DNA from: Cyanophora paradoxa CCMP329
Lineage: Eukaryota; Plantae; Glaucophyta
Reading direction: 5' to 3'
Length of the DNA stretch: 64,000 nt
Assembly (NCBI GenBank): GCA_004431415.1
Contig: QPMI01000180.1
Coordinates: 126,476 to 190,475, forward strand
Shown: piece after piece, positions 13,042-26,151 of the stretch
Layout: each line of letters opens with the position of its first letter
How positions within the stretch are numbered: the stretch's first letter is position 1
Translations under genes and position numbers: made by a program
The notes under the pieces: model-generated
Database searches by the model: none
What the model was told of the DNA's origin: nothing
What the model saw: only the letters and a program-made list of their open reading frames with translations

Positions 13042-15386
13042 ATGGCCGGGGAGGTCGATCTGCGGCACGCCTTTGTGCGCCTCCTCCGCGAGAAGGAGCT
13101 CGAGGCTGCCCGGGCGGTGAGTACGCGCAGGCCCTTTATCGAGCTCGCATAAAGATTGCATCGGTGTGCAGATACACAGCGAGGGCGCACGGCTGGCGTA
13201 CAACCGCGCCCTCGTGTCGGTCGCTCTGGAGGCGCAGCCGCTGGCGAGCGCGGCAGCGGCTGCGCGCCTCGTCGGCGTGGGGAAGAAGATCGCGGGGGAG
13301 CTCGCGGCGGCCCCGAGCTCGGGCGCGGGGGCCTGGGCGCCGCGGGACGGCTGCTTCGCGTGCGCGGCGCCGGCGATCCTCGTCGCGCTCCTCGAGCACG
13401 AGGAGCGGCAGTCCATCGGGCGGTTTCTCGCGGTCTCCGGCGCGCCCGTGGGCTCGGCGGGCCCGGCCAGGCGGGCGAACTCGAAGGCGGCGGGCCTCGG
13501 GCCGGTGCCTGCGTCTCGGGAGGAGGTGGCGGCGCTGGCGGCGGGGCGCAGCGAGGAGGCGCTCGGGGAGGGGCCCGAGAGCCCGGCCTCCCGCCGCATC
13601 GACGACCTCGTGCGGCTCGCCTTCGTCAAGGTGCCCTCGGGCGCAGAGCCCCGCGCGCCCGCGCCCCCTCGCGCGCGCCGCGTTTGCAGACGCCGGCGGG
13701 GGCGGCAGCGGCGGCAGCGGAACAAGCGGGAGGCGTTCGAGCTGACGGAGGCGGGGCGCGCCGTCGCGGCCGACATGCGCGAGGCCGCGCGCCGCTGGCC
13801 GGGCCCCCGGCCGCCCCCGGGGGCCCCTGGAGGCACAGCCGGCGGCCGGCCCGTCGGCGGCGGCGGCCGGCGCCGCGGGGCCGGCGCGGGACGTGATTGT
13901 TCTCGACAGCGACGACGAGGAGGGGGAGGGGTGGAGGGGCGGCGGCGGCGGCTCCTCCGGCGCCCCGCGCCGACCCCGCGCGCGCCCCGCCCTCGGCGGC
14001 CGCGGCGCCGGCGGGTCCGCCCTCCGCCGCGGGTCGCGGACGGCCGGCGGCGGCGGCAAGGCGGCGGCGGAGGCGGAGGCGGGAGCGGGGCCGGTCGAGC
14101 GGGGCGCGGGGACGGAGAAGCGGCGGCGGGGCAGCTTCGCGGCGGCGCGGCTGCCGTGGCGCGTGGTGAAGCGGGCGCGAGGCCCCGACAAGCTCGGCGC
14201 CGCCCTCGCCGCGGCGGCGGAGGCGGAGGAGGAGGCCGAGCGCGGGCCGCCGCCTGCGGGCCCGGCGAGGTGCGCGCCGCGCCTCCCCTGCCCCCCCGCG
14301 ACCCGTGCGCCCTTTGAGTTGAGCTGGCGGCAGGGGCTGTACGGCGGGGGCGCGGCGGTGGTGCGGGGCCCGGCGGCGGCTGGCGGGACGGTGGCGGTGG
14401 TTGTGGATACGCGGGAGGGCGGGGGCAGCGCGGGGCGTCTGGAGGCGACGCTGGCGGCGCTGCGGGAAGCCGGGGTGCCCCCGGGGGCCCTCCTCGTGCG
14501 GGAGCTCCCCACTGGCCTCGGCGACTACGCCCTACTCCTCCTCCTGCCCCCCGGGCCCGACGACGACGCCCAGTGCGCCCGCTCCTTGCGCCGCACCGGC
14601 GCTGCGCCTTGTCCACCTGCAGCGAGCCTTATGCCGTCGCCGCAGGGAGCGGCTGCTGCCCTTTGCCGTCGAGCGGAAGCGCGCCGACGACTTTGCACTG
14701 AGGCGCGCCCCGCCCCTGCCTTGCCCGGCCCGCCACGCGGCACGCGGCCTGGATCCCCGGCTGACGGCCTGGCGCGCGTGCAGCATGGTGGACGGGCGCC
14801 TCGCGCGGCAGCGCGCCGCCATGCTGCGCCTCCGGTCTGCCCCACCCCGCCCCGCCCCCGCCTCCGCTCCGCCCCAGGAAGCGGGCGGCCGAGGCGCCAC
14901 CTGGGGCAGGGCGGAGCGGGGCGTGCGGCCGGTGCTCGTTCTCGAGGGGACCCCGCCGCCTACGCCGTCACCAGGCCCGTCCCGCCCCGCCACGCTTCCC
15001 CCGGCCCGCCTGGGGGTGCGAGCTGGGGCGGGGCGGGGGCGGGCAGGTGCGGGACGGGTGCGGGGCGTGGGGGCGTGCGGGCGGCCCAGCGCGGCGGCGG
15101 TCCTCGCGGCGGTCTCCGACCTCGAGGCGCGCCCCCCGGCTCTGACGCTCCGCCCCGCCCCGTGTCGTGCCGGGCCCGATGCGGGAGGGCGCAGGCTGCG
15201 GGCTTCCGGGCGATCCGGGCGGGGGGCTTCGCGGAGGCGATGCGCGCCGTCGCGAACCTCCGCCTCGAGGCCGCCGACGCCCTCCTCGCAGGCTCCCTCG
15301 CGCCCCTCCCCTCGAGCCCCTTCCCCCACCCCGGCCCCGGCCCCGGCCCCGGGCCCGGCCCCAGCCCCAACCCGCCGGCCTCCTAG
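13042..15386 (+). CDS. MUS81: Crossover junction endonuclease MUS81 (ERCC4 family)
   Basis: N-terminal HhH AYNRALVSV...LVGVGKKIA, winged-helix FELTEAGRAVA, and ERCC4 nuclease motifs VVVDTRE, LGDY and VERKRADDFALSMVDGR. Confidence 0.8.
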
Positions 15387-15509
15387 CAGGACGAAGCAGA
15401 GCAAAGCAAGCAGGTTGATCACGAATCGGGGCGGGCGGGCGGGCACCGGCCGGTGCCGGCAGACAGGCGGGGATGGTTCCAAGGGCGGGCGGCTGGGCGG
15501 GCTAGGCGG

Positions 15510-16523
15510 CTAGGCGGCGGCGGCGCGCTCGCGGAGCTCGTCGGCGATGAACTGCTCGTCCACGCCCCGCGCCTCCCGCGACTTCTCCACGTACCTGCCG
15601 GGCCCGGGGCGCTTGTTCGGGCGGCGCGGCCGGCAACAGCGACGGGGGGGCGGGGGAAGGGCCGCGCACGCGTTGATGGCGTACTTCTCGACGTAGCCGG
15701 CGGCGAGGGAGGGCAGCGCGACGATGTCGAGCACGGCGCTCTGCGAGTGCACCGTCCTCGTCGCCTCCCCCTCCACCGCCCGCACCACCGCCACCTCCTC
15801 GATCTGCATCACCGCTGCGCCCCCGCCGCTCGCCTTCGCGAGCGATCCCGCCCCGCGGGGCCCCGGGGCGCGCGCACTGGGCCAGGTGACGTTGGTGCAG
15901 ACCGTCCGCATGCACTGCTTCGCCCGGTCGATCTCGATCTCCTGCGCCCGCCCCGGCCCCGGCCTCAGGAGGCCCCGCCCTGCGCCGCGCCGCGCCCGGC
16001 GGGCTCCGAGGCTCGCGCACCATCTTGAACTGCGCGCGGGGGCGGCGCGTGAGGGGCGAGGCGGGGACGGGCCGGCGCGCGGCTCCGCGGCGGGCGGCGC
16101 ACGACGAAGGTCTCGAGGCCGACGAGGCGCCTGACCCAGGAGGGCGCGAGCACCTGCCGGGGCGGCTCGTGCGGGGGCGGGGGCGGGCGGGGCCGGCGGG
16201 GGCGGCGCGCATCGACGTGGATGATCTTGACCTGGCGCTCGATCCCCGTCGCCTCGTCTATCGACTCGGACTCCGTCTCCGTCTTCAGCATGTACGGCAT
16301 CTTCGGGTTCGTCGGGAACCGCCTGAAGAACGCGGCGCAGACGACCTGAGCGGCCCCAGATCAGAAGCGGGACAGCGCAAGAACGATATCGATAGGCAAT
16401 GACGCACATCCCACTCAGCATCGTAGACGTACTGCGAAAGCGTTAGCTGAGATCGTTAAAAGAGCTAGAACACGTACGCACCGGCTCGCATGCGTGCGAT
16501 GTGCCTCTCTTGCCTTCCGCCAT
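15510..16523 (-). CDS. PRELI/MSF1 (Ups/SLMO-like) lipid-transfer domain protein
   Basis: Spliced YVYDAEWDVVCAAFFRRFPTNPKMPYMLKTE...APSWVRRLVG...EIEIDRAKQCMRTVCTNVTW...IEE matches the PRELI/MSF1 pattern. Confidence 0.75.
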
Positions 16524-16951
16524 TGATCGATCGTTTGGTGTGCGCTACGCGGGAAGCTGAATTGCGGCGCTCGTGCGCCCCGGGCAGCTGACAGAGCCTG
16601 CGATCATTCATTAGCGGGGCTGGAGGAGCAAGCACCGCAGCTGGCAACGACGCCGGACGGCGGGCACCGCGAATCAGACGAGGCGCGGTCCCAGGCAAGA
16701 CAACCACAGGCTACTAGGTTAGCGCTAGCTACAAAGAGCAGAAGAACGGCCGGCGAACTGCTGGGCCGGCGATTCCTGCAGCGAACCTCCTAGTGTCTGT
16801 ACCCCCGCTGAGCCGCGCCCCCCCCTTTTTGTTCAATTTCGCGCTCTGCATGCAGCTGGATCTAAAACTACGGCTAGCCACTGGGCCTCTGTTGCGTCCG
16901 GGAACAGAGTCCAGGAGCCTCGATTCGGATATGCACACGCGGGGCCCCCCC

Positions 16952-18889
16952 TCACAGGTCCTTGAAGAAGCTGTTCTGGGGCTTCGCGTTCGCGGCGGCC
17001 GCCGAGCCGCGCTTCTGCTTCCGCTTCTTCTTCCTCCCGCCCCCGCCGCCGCCGCCGTCCGAGTCGCTGTCGCTGTCCGAGTCGGGCGCCGCGCGCGCCG
17101 CGCCGCCGCCGCCCCTCGCGGGGCCCGCCGCGGCCGCCGCTGCGCCCTCGACCTCCATGCCGCCCCCCCGCCCCTCGCCCTCCTCCTCCTCCTCCCCCTT
17201 GCCGTCCTCCTGCGCGCGCGCACGGCTCGGAGGCGCGCAGGAGGAGCCGGCGGCGGGGCGGGCGGGGGATGCGGGCGGGCCTCCATGAGGTAGGCGATGT
17301 TCCAGAACTTGACTGTGTTGTCGTGGGAGCAGCTGCCGAGGACGCGCTTGTCCCCGGAGAGCGCCACCCGCTCGATCGGGAACTCCCCGTGCTCGCCCAC
17401 CACCTGCGGCCCGGGGCACCGCCCCCGCTCGGACCCTGGTCTGCCTCGCCCCGGGCCCCGGGCGGCGCACCCCCAGGAGCTTGTTGGGGTGCACGGAGAC
17501 CACGCTGCGCACGTGGGGCCTCGGCAAGGGCGTGGAGGGGCGGGGCGGGGCGGGGCGGGGCGCGGGGCGGGGCACCGTATGAGGCCGTCGGAGGAGCCCG
17601 TGCATATGACGTCCTCGTCGATCTGCCCCCGGCCTCAGTCGAGGGCAGCCGCGCGGGTGCGCGGCGGGCGGAGGGCGGGGAGGCGGGCCTTGGCGATGGT
17701 GTCGATGGACTGGGGGTGCCCGGGGAACCGATCGCTCACGTCCCCGAAGTCGCCCCAGCTCCTGCGCCCCGGCCCCCGCCCCGTCCGCCCGGCCCCGCGC
17801 TCCGAGCGCCCCCGAGACCCCGCCTCGGGGCGCACCATATCTGCAGGATGCCCTCCTGCGAGCCGCAGACGACCTTCTTGCCGTCCTGCGAGGCGCCTCG
17901 GCGGGGGCGGCGGGGCGGGGCGGGGCGGGGCGGGGCGGGGCGGCGGGGCGGGCCTTGAGGAGGGCGCAGGAGAGGAGCTCGTCCTCGATGTTGTCGCTCA
18001 TCGCCTCCAGCTTGTACTTCCGCACGTGGTACACCCCCAGCGTCCCGTCCCCGCTGCGCCGCCTCAGCCCGCGGCGCGGCACGGCGGGGCGCGGGGCGGG
18101 GCGGGGCGGGGCGGGCGGGCCTGGCGGCGACGAGCATCTTGGCGTCGGCGTTGTAGGCCATGTCCGCGATGAAGTCCTCGTTCTCCGTGTACGTCAGCAC
18201 GCACTTCTGCGTCCGCAGGTCCCACAGCTGCGCCCCGGCCCCCGTCCCGTCAGCCGCGCCGCCCCCGCGCGCGCCGGCCGGCGGCGGGCGGCGCGGGCCT
18301 TGATAGCGCCGTCGTCGTCACCGCTCGTGAGCATGTTCTCATCGATCTGCAGCAGCACCGTGATCGGCGCCCTGCGCCCCTCGTGAGCGCCTCGCCGGCG
18401 CCCCCGCGGCGACCACGCGCTCACTCGTGCGCCTTGCCCATCTTCCCCACAGACTTCCCCGCCGCAAGATCCACGTACTGTATCGAGCGATCCGCAGACG
18501 CCGTGTACAGCCCTTCGCCGGCGGCGCGTCAGGGGCGCGGCCAAGTCGCGAGCGCGCGACGAGCGGACCTGCCCCGTCGTGCCTGAAGCGAACAGCGCGG
18601 CACGAATCCCTGTGCGAGCTTATTGACGCGAGCTCCTTGTTCCCTGACTCGGCGTATTCGTAGCTGCGCCGCGCCGATCAGCCTCGAGCGCGGTGAACCG
18701 GGCGACCCGGGGGGCAGGCGGGGCGGAGCGGGCCCGGGCGCACATGTGCACGTGGCCCGTGATCAGCCCGACGGCGCAGACGTTGCGCGTGGGGTGGAAG
18801 TCGAGCGCGAAGGGCTGGTCGTTGAAGCCCAACTCCGGGGGCTCCGACGGTGGATCCGCGTCCACATCGGGGTTCTGTGCAGGGTCCAT
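16952..18889 (-). CDS. WDR55: WD-repeat protein 55 / JIP5-like
   Basis: Motifs FALDFHPTRNVCAVGLITG, LTSGDDDGAIK, GDGTLGVY, DGKKVVCGSQEG, WGDFGDVSDRFPGHPQSID, GEHGEFPIE and SCSHDNTVKFW, with an acidic/basic tail ending NSFFKDL*. Confidence 0.9.
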
Positions 18890-18985
18890 TCGCTTACGTG
18901 CCTGCACCAACGCGGTGGCCACAGACTTTTTTTACGAGGGGATACCGCTTTACTCGCAAACCCCTCCTGCAGCGCGGCGGCAACC
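18890..18985. promoter_or_regulatory. Very short bidirectional promoter region between WDR55 and PFDN5
   Basis: The divergent ATGs at 18889 and 18986 are separated by 96 bp. Confidence 0.6.
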
Positions 18986-19883
18986 ATGGCGGGTGCGTCT
19001 GAATGGCCTCGCTCGTCTCGCTCGTTCGTTGACCGCGCGGGCGCCTCAGACAAGGCGGGCGGCAGCGATCAGGGCATCAACATCACGCAGGTGCGGCCGT
19101 CGCGCTGCCTCGCGTCGCCGACATCGTCGCGGCGTGTGCCATTCGATCCCGCACGAATGCACTCGCTGACTCGCGGCGCAGCTATCCATCGAGCAGCTCA
19201 GTATGCTCAAGCGGCAGCTAGAAGAGGAGATTGAAACGCTCACAAACTCTTTCACGCAGCTGAAGGTTCGCGCGCCCGCCATGTGCCCGCTTGGGGTCAT
19301 TGAGCCGGTTCTCGCGGCGCAGGGAGCACAGAACAGGTTCGTGGAGTCCAAGCTATCGCTCAACTCCATCAGCGCGAAGACAGCGGGTGCGCCGAGCGCC
19401 TCTGGATGCGCTCGCGGACAGCCGATTACCCTGCAACCCAGGCCAGCCCATCCTGGTGCCGCTGACGGGCTCGCTGTACACTCCCGGCGTGCTGGGGTCG
19501 AACGAGAAGGTGCTCATCGACATCGGCACCGGCTACTACGTCGAGGCAAGTGCCCGCGCGCCGGCCGGACGGGCGGGGACGGGCGCGCCGGCGGGAGGCG
19601 GCGTTAGGGGGGCGGGTGGGCGGGCGGGCGGGCGCGGGGCGCGGGGCCTGCGGGGGCTGACGGGCGGGAGCAGAAGCCGGTGAAGGAGGCGCAGGACTTT
19701 ATGGAGCGGAAGATATCGTTCCTGAAGGACAACCTGGAGAAGCTGCAGGAGCCGATCCTGCAGAAGCGCAAGAACCTCGAGGCCGTCGTCGGCGTCCTCC
19801 AGATGAAGATGCAGATCGCCCAGCAAGTAGCCGCCGCCCGCGAGAAGCAGGGCGCCGCCCCCGCAGGCTCCCCCGCCAGCTAG
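18986..19883 (+). CDS. PFDN5: Prefoldin subunit 5 (alpha type)
   Basis: [53 protein letters not shown]|K and AQDFMERKI. Confidence 0.95.
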
Positions 19884-21371
19884 CCCCCTCTCAACACATC
19901 CCACTCGTTTCTTTCCGAGGCCTCTCGTCGCGCGGGGGACCCAGGGAGGGCCCTCGCCGGGGCCGCCCGGTGCCGCTGCCGCTCTGCTGGCTGCGAGCGA
20001 GGCCCCGGGCGACGCCAGGGCCGCGGGGCCACTCGGATCAGCGGCGGCGCAAGGGGCCTCGAGGGCAGCCACCAGCCCGGAGGCCCCCGGGCCCATTCCG
20101 ATGGAGAATACGATGAACTTGGAACTCACTGCTAGGCTGGCTTATGCGAGCAGAACATCGAGCTCGAGGTTCAGAGGGCTCAGATCCAGAGGGTTTGCGG
20201 GCTGTCATCGTGAACACAGCTATAGCTATAGCTCAGCGGCTATAGCTATCGCGACCGTCGGACGTCGACTCGGCGACCATATAAAGCTTAAGATTTTCGG
20301 ATTCGTGATTCATGATCCATCATGGCATGGCATGCACACGCCGTGTGACGCTGGCCATATGCATGGCCAAGGATCGGGAAGCCTTGAATCGATCATGATC
20401 ACCGTGGCACGAATTCCGAAGTTCGAAGGGTCTCAACAACGTAACTGCTCTGATCATGATGAGTCTGATCATCATGGCCCGGTGCCACGGTGGCATGAGC
20501 TCGAGCTCATGCATGCAGCGGCTCACTGACTCAGTGAGTCAGCGGCTCAGCGGCTCGATTTGACTCAGTGTGGCCTGAGGCAAGTTTCCGAGTTCATGGG
20601 ACTCATTCAATGATTCCGAGTTCCGAAGTTCCGAAGTTCAGCCACAGCCTCAGGGCCTGCCAGGCTGGCAGCGTACGCGTTAACGTTCACACATGCAGGC
20701 CCCGGCCCCCCCCGCGGCCGCGGGCCCCGCAGCTGCGGCCCAGTGCACACATCATGTGTGCACAATGGCAAGGCAACGATAAGCTGAAGTTTCACTCTGA
20801 CACGCCTTCTACTGCTGATCCTATACTTGACGAAAATCTCCAAAACTGGAGGGGCACGGGCCTGCTGTTCTATCTGACTATGACTGACGCGAAGTGCTAC
20901 GTATATACGGTCGACTGAAGACTGATCAGAAGGGGGGCTGTCACAAGCTATATATGTAAAATGCATGTAAAAGAGGTCAAAGAAATTATGCTTGGCCAGT
21001 CCGGCACTGGTACCTAAAGGAGCCTTAACTAGGTACACGCGTTTTGGAACAAAAAGTACAAGTCTTACAAAGCAGAGGTTGGTACAACGGGTTACATGAG
21101 CGAAATTCGCTTGCTTTTGAAACGAACCACCCAAGAGAAGGAATTGAACAAAATGAACAGGGGCGAGGCTAGAGGATAGACTACGCACAATACTGCTGTA
21201 CAGTAGCACACTGTGAATGAGGGGTTATTATGTGGCAGCGGGCCGAAGCCGCGCTGTTTCCCGGCGCCCATCGGCGTTCTAGCCTTGGCGGGGGGAGGGT
21301 GAGTCTCAAGAAACGTCCATCTTCGATGTCGTTTGGCATCGGCCGCGGTTGCGGCGGGGCCGAGAGGCCCG

Positions 21372-23122
21372 TCAGAGGGCGGCCTCGGCGGGGGCGAGGC
21401 GGGCCCGCTTGGCGGGGGAGGCGGCGGCGTCGGGGCCCTCCTCGGGGGCCGGCGCGGGGTCGTCGCTCGGGGGTACGACGACGAGGGCCGGGGCGTCGGC
21501 GGGGCGGCACGCCGGCGAGGCGGGGCGCTTGGGGGCGGCCTGGAGCTCGAGCATGGCGAGGACGGCCGACTGGAGCTCGTCGAGGGGCCCGCGGGCGTCC
21601 CCCTCGAGCGCCGGCAGCATCGTGAAGGACGAGCAGCGCGACACGTGCGTCGCCGCCCCCTCCGACGGGCACGGCGACGCGCTCCCCGGCTGCCGCAGCA
21701 GCTCCGCGCCCGCCCCGGGGCTCCCCGGGCACCCCGCAGGGACCCGCTGGTCCTCGCACGCGCTGCCCACGCTGCCGGGCGGCGTCAGCCGGCGCGGGGC
21801 GGCGCGGCGGGTGCGCGGGGCGGCACCTGCTGGTGCGCGAGTGGCTGCGGCGCCACGCGTCCGAGTCCGAGTCGCTGGGAGGGGCCCGGCGTCAGCGCGG
21901 CGCGCCGGGGCGGGGTCGGGCGGCGGGCCAGGGCGGGAGCGCTCACTAGTGGAAGGCGTCGCCCTTCTTGAGGCACTCGTCCTCGGAGAAGGTGCTCCCC
22001 CGGCGCGAGGCCGCCGCTGCCGCCCGTCTGGTCAGCGGCGCGGCAACGCGGTGCCCCGAGCGGGGCGGGGCGGGCGGGCGCACTGCTGTGGAGGAGGCGC
22101 TCGATGGCGCGGTCGCCGTGGTGGGCGCGCAGGGCCTCGAAGGGCGCCGGGGAGAAGGCGACGGGCACGGGGGACGGGCAGGACGAGACGACCGAGGCCG
22201 CGGACGGGCTGAACGCGCGCTCCTGCTGCTCCGGCACCTGCTGGTGCCCGTCCGGCGAGTCCCGCCGCGTCCGCTCGCCCCCGTGCGCCAGCAGCTGCTG
22301 CCGGCTCAGGAACCGCTGTGCCGACGCCCGCTGCGTGACCGGCCGGCTCGGCTGGGGGACGGCGCCCACGGCGCCCGGGGCCGGGGAGGCCAGCTTCTGG
22401 GCGGCCACGGCCTTGTCGTCATCCGAGGACGGCAGGGCCTGGATGTGGGTGATCACGGAGACAGCTGCGGCTTTGGCTGCGGCCGCCGCCGCGGCGGCCT
22501 GGGCGGCTGTCCCGGTGCCGTTCTTCCGCTTCGGCCTGGCCGGCGGGATTGTGATCCCTGCTTGGCCCGTCTTCTGCACTTTGAGGAAGAACTTTTGGGC
22601 GTGGGAGCGGATCTGCATAACGTTCTTGGTCTCAACGTGCTGCTGAATGCGCTTCCAGTCCCGCTCATAGAGTCTGCGCGCGCGGTAACGCACGATAAGG
22701 AATGGAATGCGAGGAAGAGATTGACCGGGAGGGACATGGACATGTCCGCAGGAAATAAGACGGAAGGGGAGCTTAAGAAGGTCTCTAGAAGTGCGGGGAC
22801 GAATAGAAGGCAGGGGTGCGCACTTGAGGCCCTCGATGAAACGTGCGTGCTCCTCGTCCGTCCAGACCTCTCGAGGCTTCGTGATGGTGTACGGCTTCCT
22901 TGGCTTCTTCATGGCCGAGCTGTCAGCAAGGGCAGCCGCCGCCGCCGCTGCGACTGCTGTCACTGCCAGTGGACGAACATGCTCCGCGCCGAACGGTCCG
23001 GCCTGCTCGTGTATCGCCGATTGCGTCATCGTTAGCGAGCTGATGCCAGGCGCAGTGGGCGAGGCTGAGTCTCCCGTACTGTTACGCACCAATTGTGCAG
23101 AAGACAAACTTGCTTGCGCCAT
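21372..23122 (-). CDS. Single-repeat SHAQKYF-class MYB transcription factor, RVE/LHY/CCA1-like
   Basis: KKPRKPYTITKPREVWTDEEHARFIEGLK|LYERDWKRIQQHVETKNVMQIRSHAQKFFLKVQK...IPPARPKRK is the LHY/CCA1/RVE signature, including the PPxRPKRK extension. Confidence 0.9.
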
Positions 23123-23314
23123 CCCGGGCTCTGCGCGGCCGGCAAACGCGTAGTCCGCGTCAGACCAGCTGCTCGTAGGTCCCCGACGCTGGGGAGGTGC
23201 CTCTAGAAGCGGCGCAGCCGGCAGGCGGGCCCGTTCAGACGGATGATTGACTTCCGGCGGGAACCCGCTGCGCGCAGTGGCGGACGGCTGCCGAATCACG
23301 CGCACCTCGGTTAT

Positions 23315-23322
23315 AAAAATCT
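23315..23322 (+). promoter_or_regulatory. AAAAATCT (CCA1-binding-site consensus) overlapping a TATA-like TATAAAAA
   Basis: Exact 8-mer in the divergent MYB/cyclin B spacer. Function is not demonstrated. Confidence 0.3.
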
Positions 23323-23920
23323 CCTTGGTCGGACGATGTGCCTCCAGACGCCGACGGAACGCCCAGTCCCTCTTGCCACCAAATGCTCGCCGGAGCTCCC
23401 TCTACGCCGCTGTCGGCTGCGATGCGACAAGGATCGACGTCGGTCGGTGCCTTTGTCCTGCAGATAACGCAAGCGGGCGGACCTGGTGATTTTTGCGCTG
23501 GAACTGGGGACTGGCGCCTTTGTTCGGGATTCAGGGAGGGTACGCGTCGTCAAGGAATCGAGCCGATCGCATCAGCTTGCGAAAGTTGATCGCGCAAACG
23601 CGACGCGTCGACGCACGCCTCCCCGAGTTTGGAGTGTGATGCGCACGCATCGGACAGCTCAGGGAAGGGAAGATCGGACCGGATGCCGCATGCGCAGTGC
23701 CACGGTACCGGTACCGGTGCAATGCGCTCGCTTCGACCCCCTGCGACGCGCGGCGTGGAGGGATCCGGCAATTTCATACGTCTGCGCGTGCATGTTTGCT
23801 TCGAAACGAGTCGTCCTGCACCGACGTCGACTCTATCGCGGCGGCAGTCGCTCCGACATGAAATTGAGCGTACCCTGGTAAGAGCACATCCCCTCGCTTT
23901 TGTTTCATTGTACCCAAGCT

Positions 23921-23932
23921 TTTGAACCGTTG
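23921..23932 (+). promoter_or_regulatory. Adjacent CHR-like TTTGAA and MSA-core CCGTTG (CAACGG on the minus strand) upstream of cyclin B
   Basis: TTTGAACCGTTG ends 46 bp before the cyclin B ATG. Both motifs are known G2/M promoter elements. Confidence 0.45.
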
Positions 23933-23978
23933 CCAAAAGTTAGCAGCGTCCGGCTTTAGCTGAAAGCCAAGCCCAGAC

Positions 23979-25436
23979 ATGGCGGCGCTCAACGACGAGA
24001 ACAAAAAGCCGGAGGTCATGATGGCAGGTGGCAAGGTCCCGGCCCTGGGGCTATCTGCGCGGACCGCCCTCGGCAACGTCACAAATAGCCTCGCCGTGTC
24101 CTCCCGCGACGGCAAGACCAGCAAGGTAATCGCTTCCTCGCCCCTTTCGGGCGGCAGCGCGCGCTCCCCGCCTTCTGCGCGGCGTTTGAAATCGAATCGC
24201 AGATCGGCGACTCCAAGATCCCGAAGCCCCAGACCGCCCGAGGTCCTTCAGCTTTTCGTTCTAACCGTTGCATAGCTCACAATTTCGCAGCCGGCCATGT
24301 GCCCGCTGTCCCCGCGGATGCCGCCTCGTCGTTTTCGGCGCGGATGTACCACGCGATGGAGGCCGAGCCCACGACGGAGTGCCGCATGGTTGATGCCGTT
24401 CGCAACGAGATTCAGCGCATCGATAACAACGATCGCCGCGACCCGCAAGCCGTGGCAGACTACGTCAACGACATCTTCCTTTACCTGAAGGAGCTCGAGG
24501 TGGGGCACTTTTCATGCGCTATCGGTGATGCGTGTGAGTTTTCTCTAACGAATACATGCGCCGGGCAGATCAAGGAGGCTGTTCCCTCCAACTATATGGT
24601 CGCGCAGAGCGACATCAACGAGAAGATGCGCGCTATCCTGATTGACTGGCTCGTGGAGGTCCACCTCAAGTTCAAGCTGGTCCCGGAGACTCTCTATCTC
24701 ACCTGCAACATCATCGACCGCTACCTGTCCCAGAAGTCGGTCACGCGCCAGCGGCTGCAGCTTGTTGGTGTCACAGCTATGCTCATCGCGTCCAAGTTCG
24801 AGGAGATCTACGCACCGGAGGTTGGCCTCTTATTTACATATATTCGCCCCTCCCCCGCAGCTGCAAGGGAACTGATCGAATTTTTCTTTCTGCTCTTTTC
24901 CAGGTCCGGGATTTCGTTTACATCTCGGACAAGGCGTACACCCGGGACGAGATCCTCGAGATGGAGGGCTCCATCCTCGGCACCCTTAACTTCAACCTGT
25001 CGGTTCCGACGGCGCTCATGTTCCTCCCCCGCTTCTACAAGCTCGCGAACGTGCTGGACATGGAGACCCAGTATCTTGTCCATTACTTCTTGGAGCTCAC
25101 CCTTCAGGACTACAAGTTCTTGAAGTACATCCCGTCCCTCATCGCTTCCAGCGCCCTCTACCTTGGCTTGAAGTACAAACGCCACATGAACCCCTGGGTC
25201 CGCCTACCCATCCTATTTCCTTTGCTGGGGCTGCCACTGAGATTTCTACGCAGTCGAACACCCTGCAGTACTACACTGGCTACTCCGAGGCGGCGCTGCG
25301 CAACTGCGCGAAGGAGATGGAGGATGTGGCAAAGGCTGCGCCCACTCGTTCGCTCACTGCAGTCTACAAGAAGTACAGCGGCGCCAAATTCAACGAGGTC
25401 GCGAAGATCGTCGCGGCTGGCGTGGAGTCCTCGTAA
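23979..25436 (+). CDS. CYCB: Mitotic cyclin B
   Basis: D-box RTALGNVTN; cyclin box DINEKMRAILIDWLVEVHLKF...LQLVGVTAMLIASKFEEIYAPE; C-terminal LTAVYKKYS. Confidence 0.93.
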
Positions 25437-26151
25437 ATCCAATCCTCCCGTTCCTGGCACCTTGCCATGTTTGGCCCTTTCCCTCGGGCCCCTGTTTTCG
25501 AGCTCTGATCCCTCCTCATCGATTCGTCCCGATCTCCTCTGTCCATTACCTTCCTGGGTGTCGCTAGGGCGAGCGGTTCGCCCATCTACTTCGTAACCTT
25601 AGCCGGATCAGCTGTCTTTTGCTGCTCTGAAGCTTGTCCCTGTATCCTTACGCGAGCTGTTGCTCCATGCTTAGATAGCAGTGTGAAATATCAAACAACC
25701 TACAATCTCCGACTCTTTCTACCCGACTCAACATTCCAGCGGCCTCAAGGCGCTTCGCCTGGGCCCCCGCCTTGCGTTTCTTTCGACGCTTGGGTGTCCT
25801 CGCCATGATGCACTAGCTGGCGCGCCGCCCGGCGCTGGTGCGCCGGGCGTTTGTGTGGCACTATGGTTACTGCACAAAATGGTGATGGGGGGGGCCCGGG
25901 TCTCATACAAACCAATGCTACCATGGGTACCCCCCCCCCTACTCTGCTTTGGACAGATTAAGGACTTTCCAGTTCGACATCTGATTTGAAAGGGCCGAAT
26001 GCGAAGCTAGCATTACATAAACCCCTGATCCTTAATTGAAGTCGAGTTGGGTCAAATTTGATGTTGGGTTTACTTTAATGCTAGAAGTACAGGCTAGAAG
26101 TACATGGTTGATGGCCAAAGCTTACTTCTATCTTGGGAAAATTGTCGTAGA

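Noticed and set aside
17520-18120. (GGGGC)n runs as telomeric or standalone satellite repeats
   Set aside because: They are confined to introns and belong to the intron-arm pattern already reported.
20607-21209. 200-aa minus-strand ORF in lower-GC DNA
   Set aside because: It has no ATG start or recognisable motif, and its position and T-richness fit the 3'UTR of the MYB gene.
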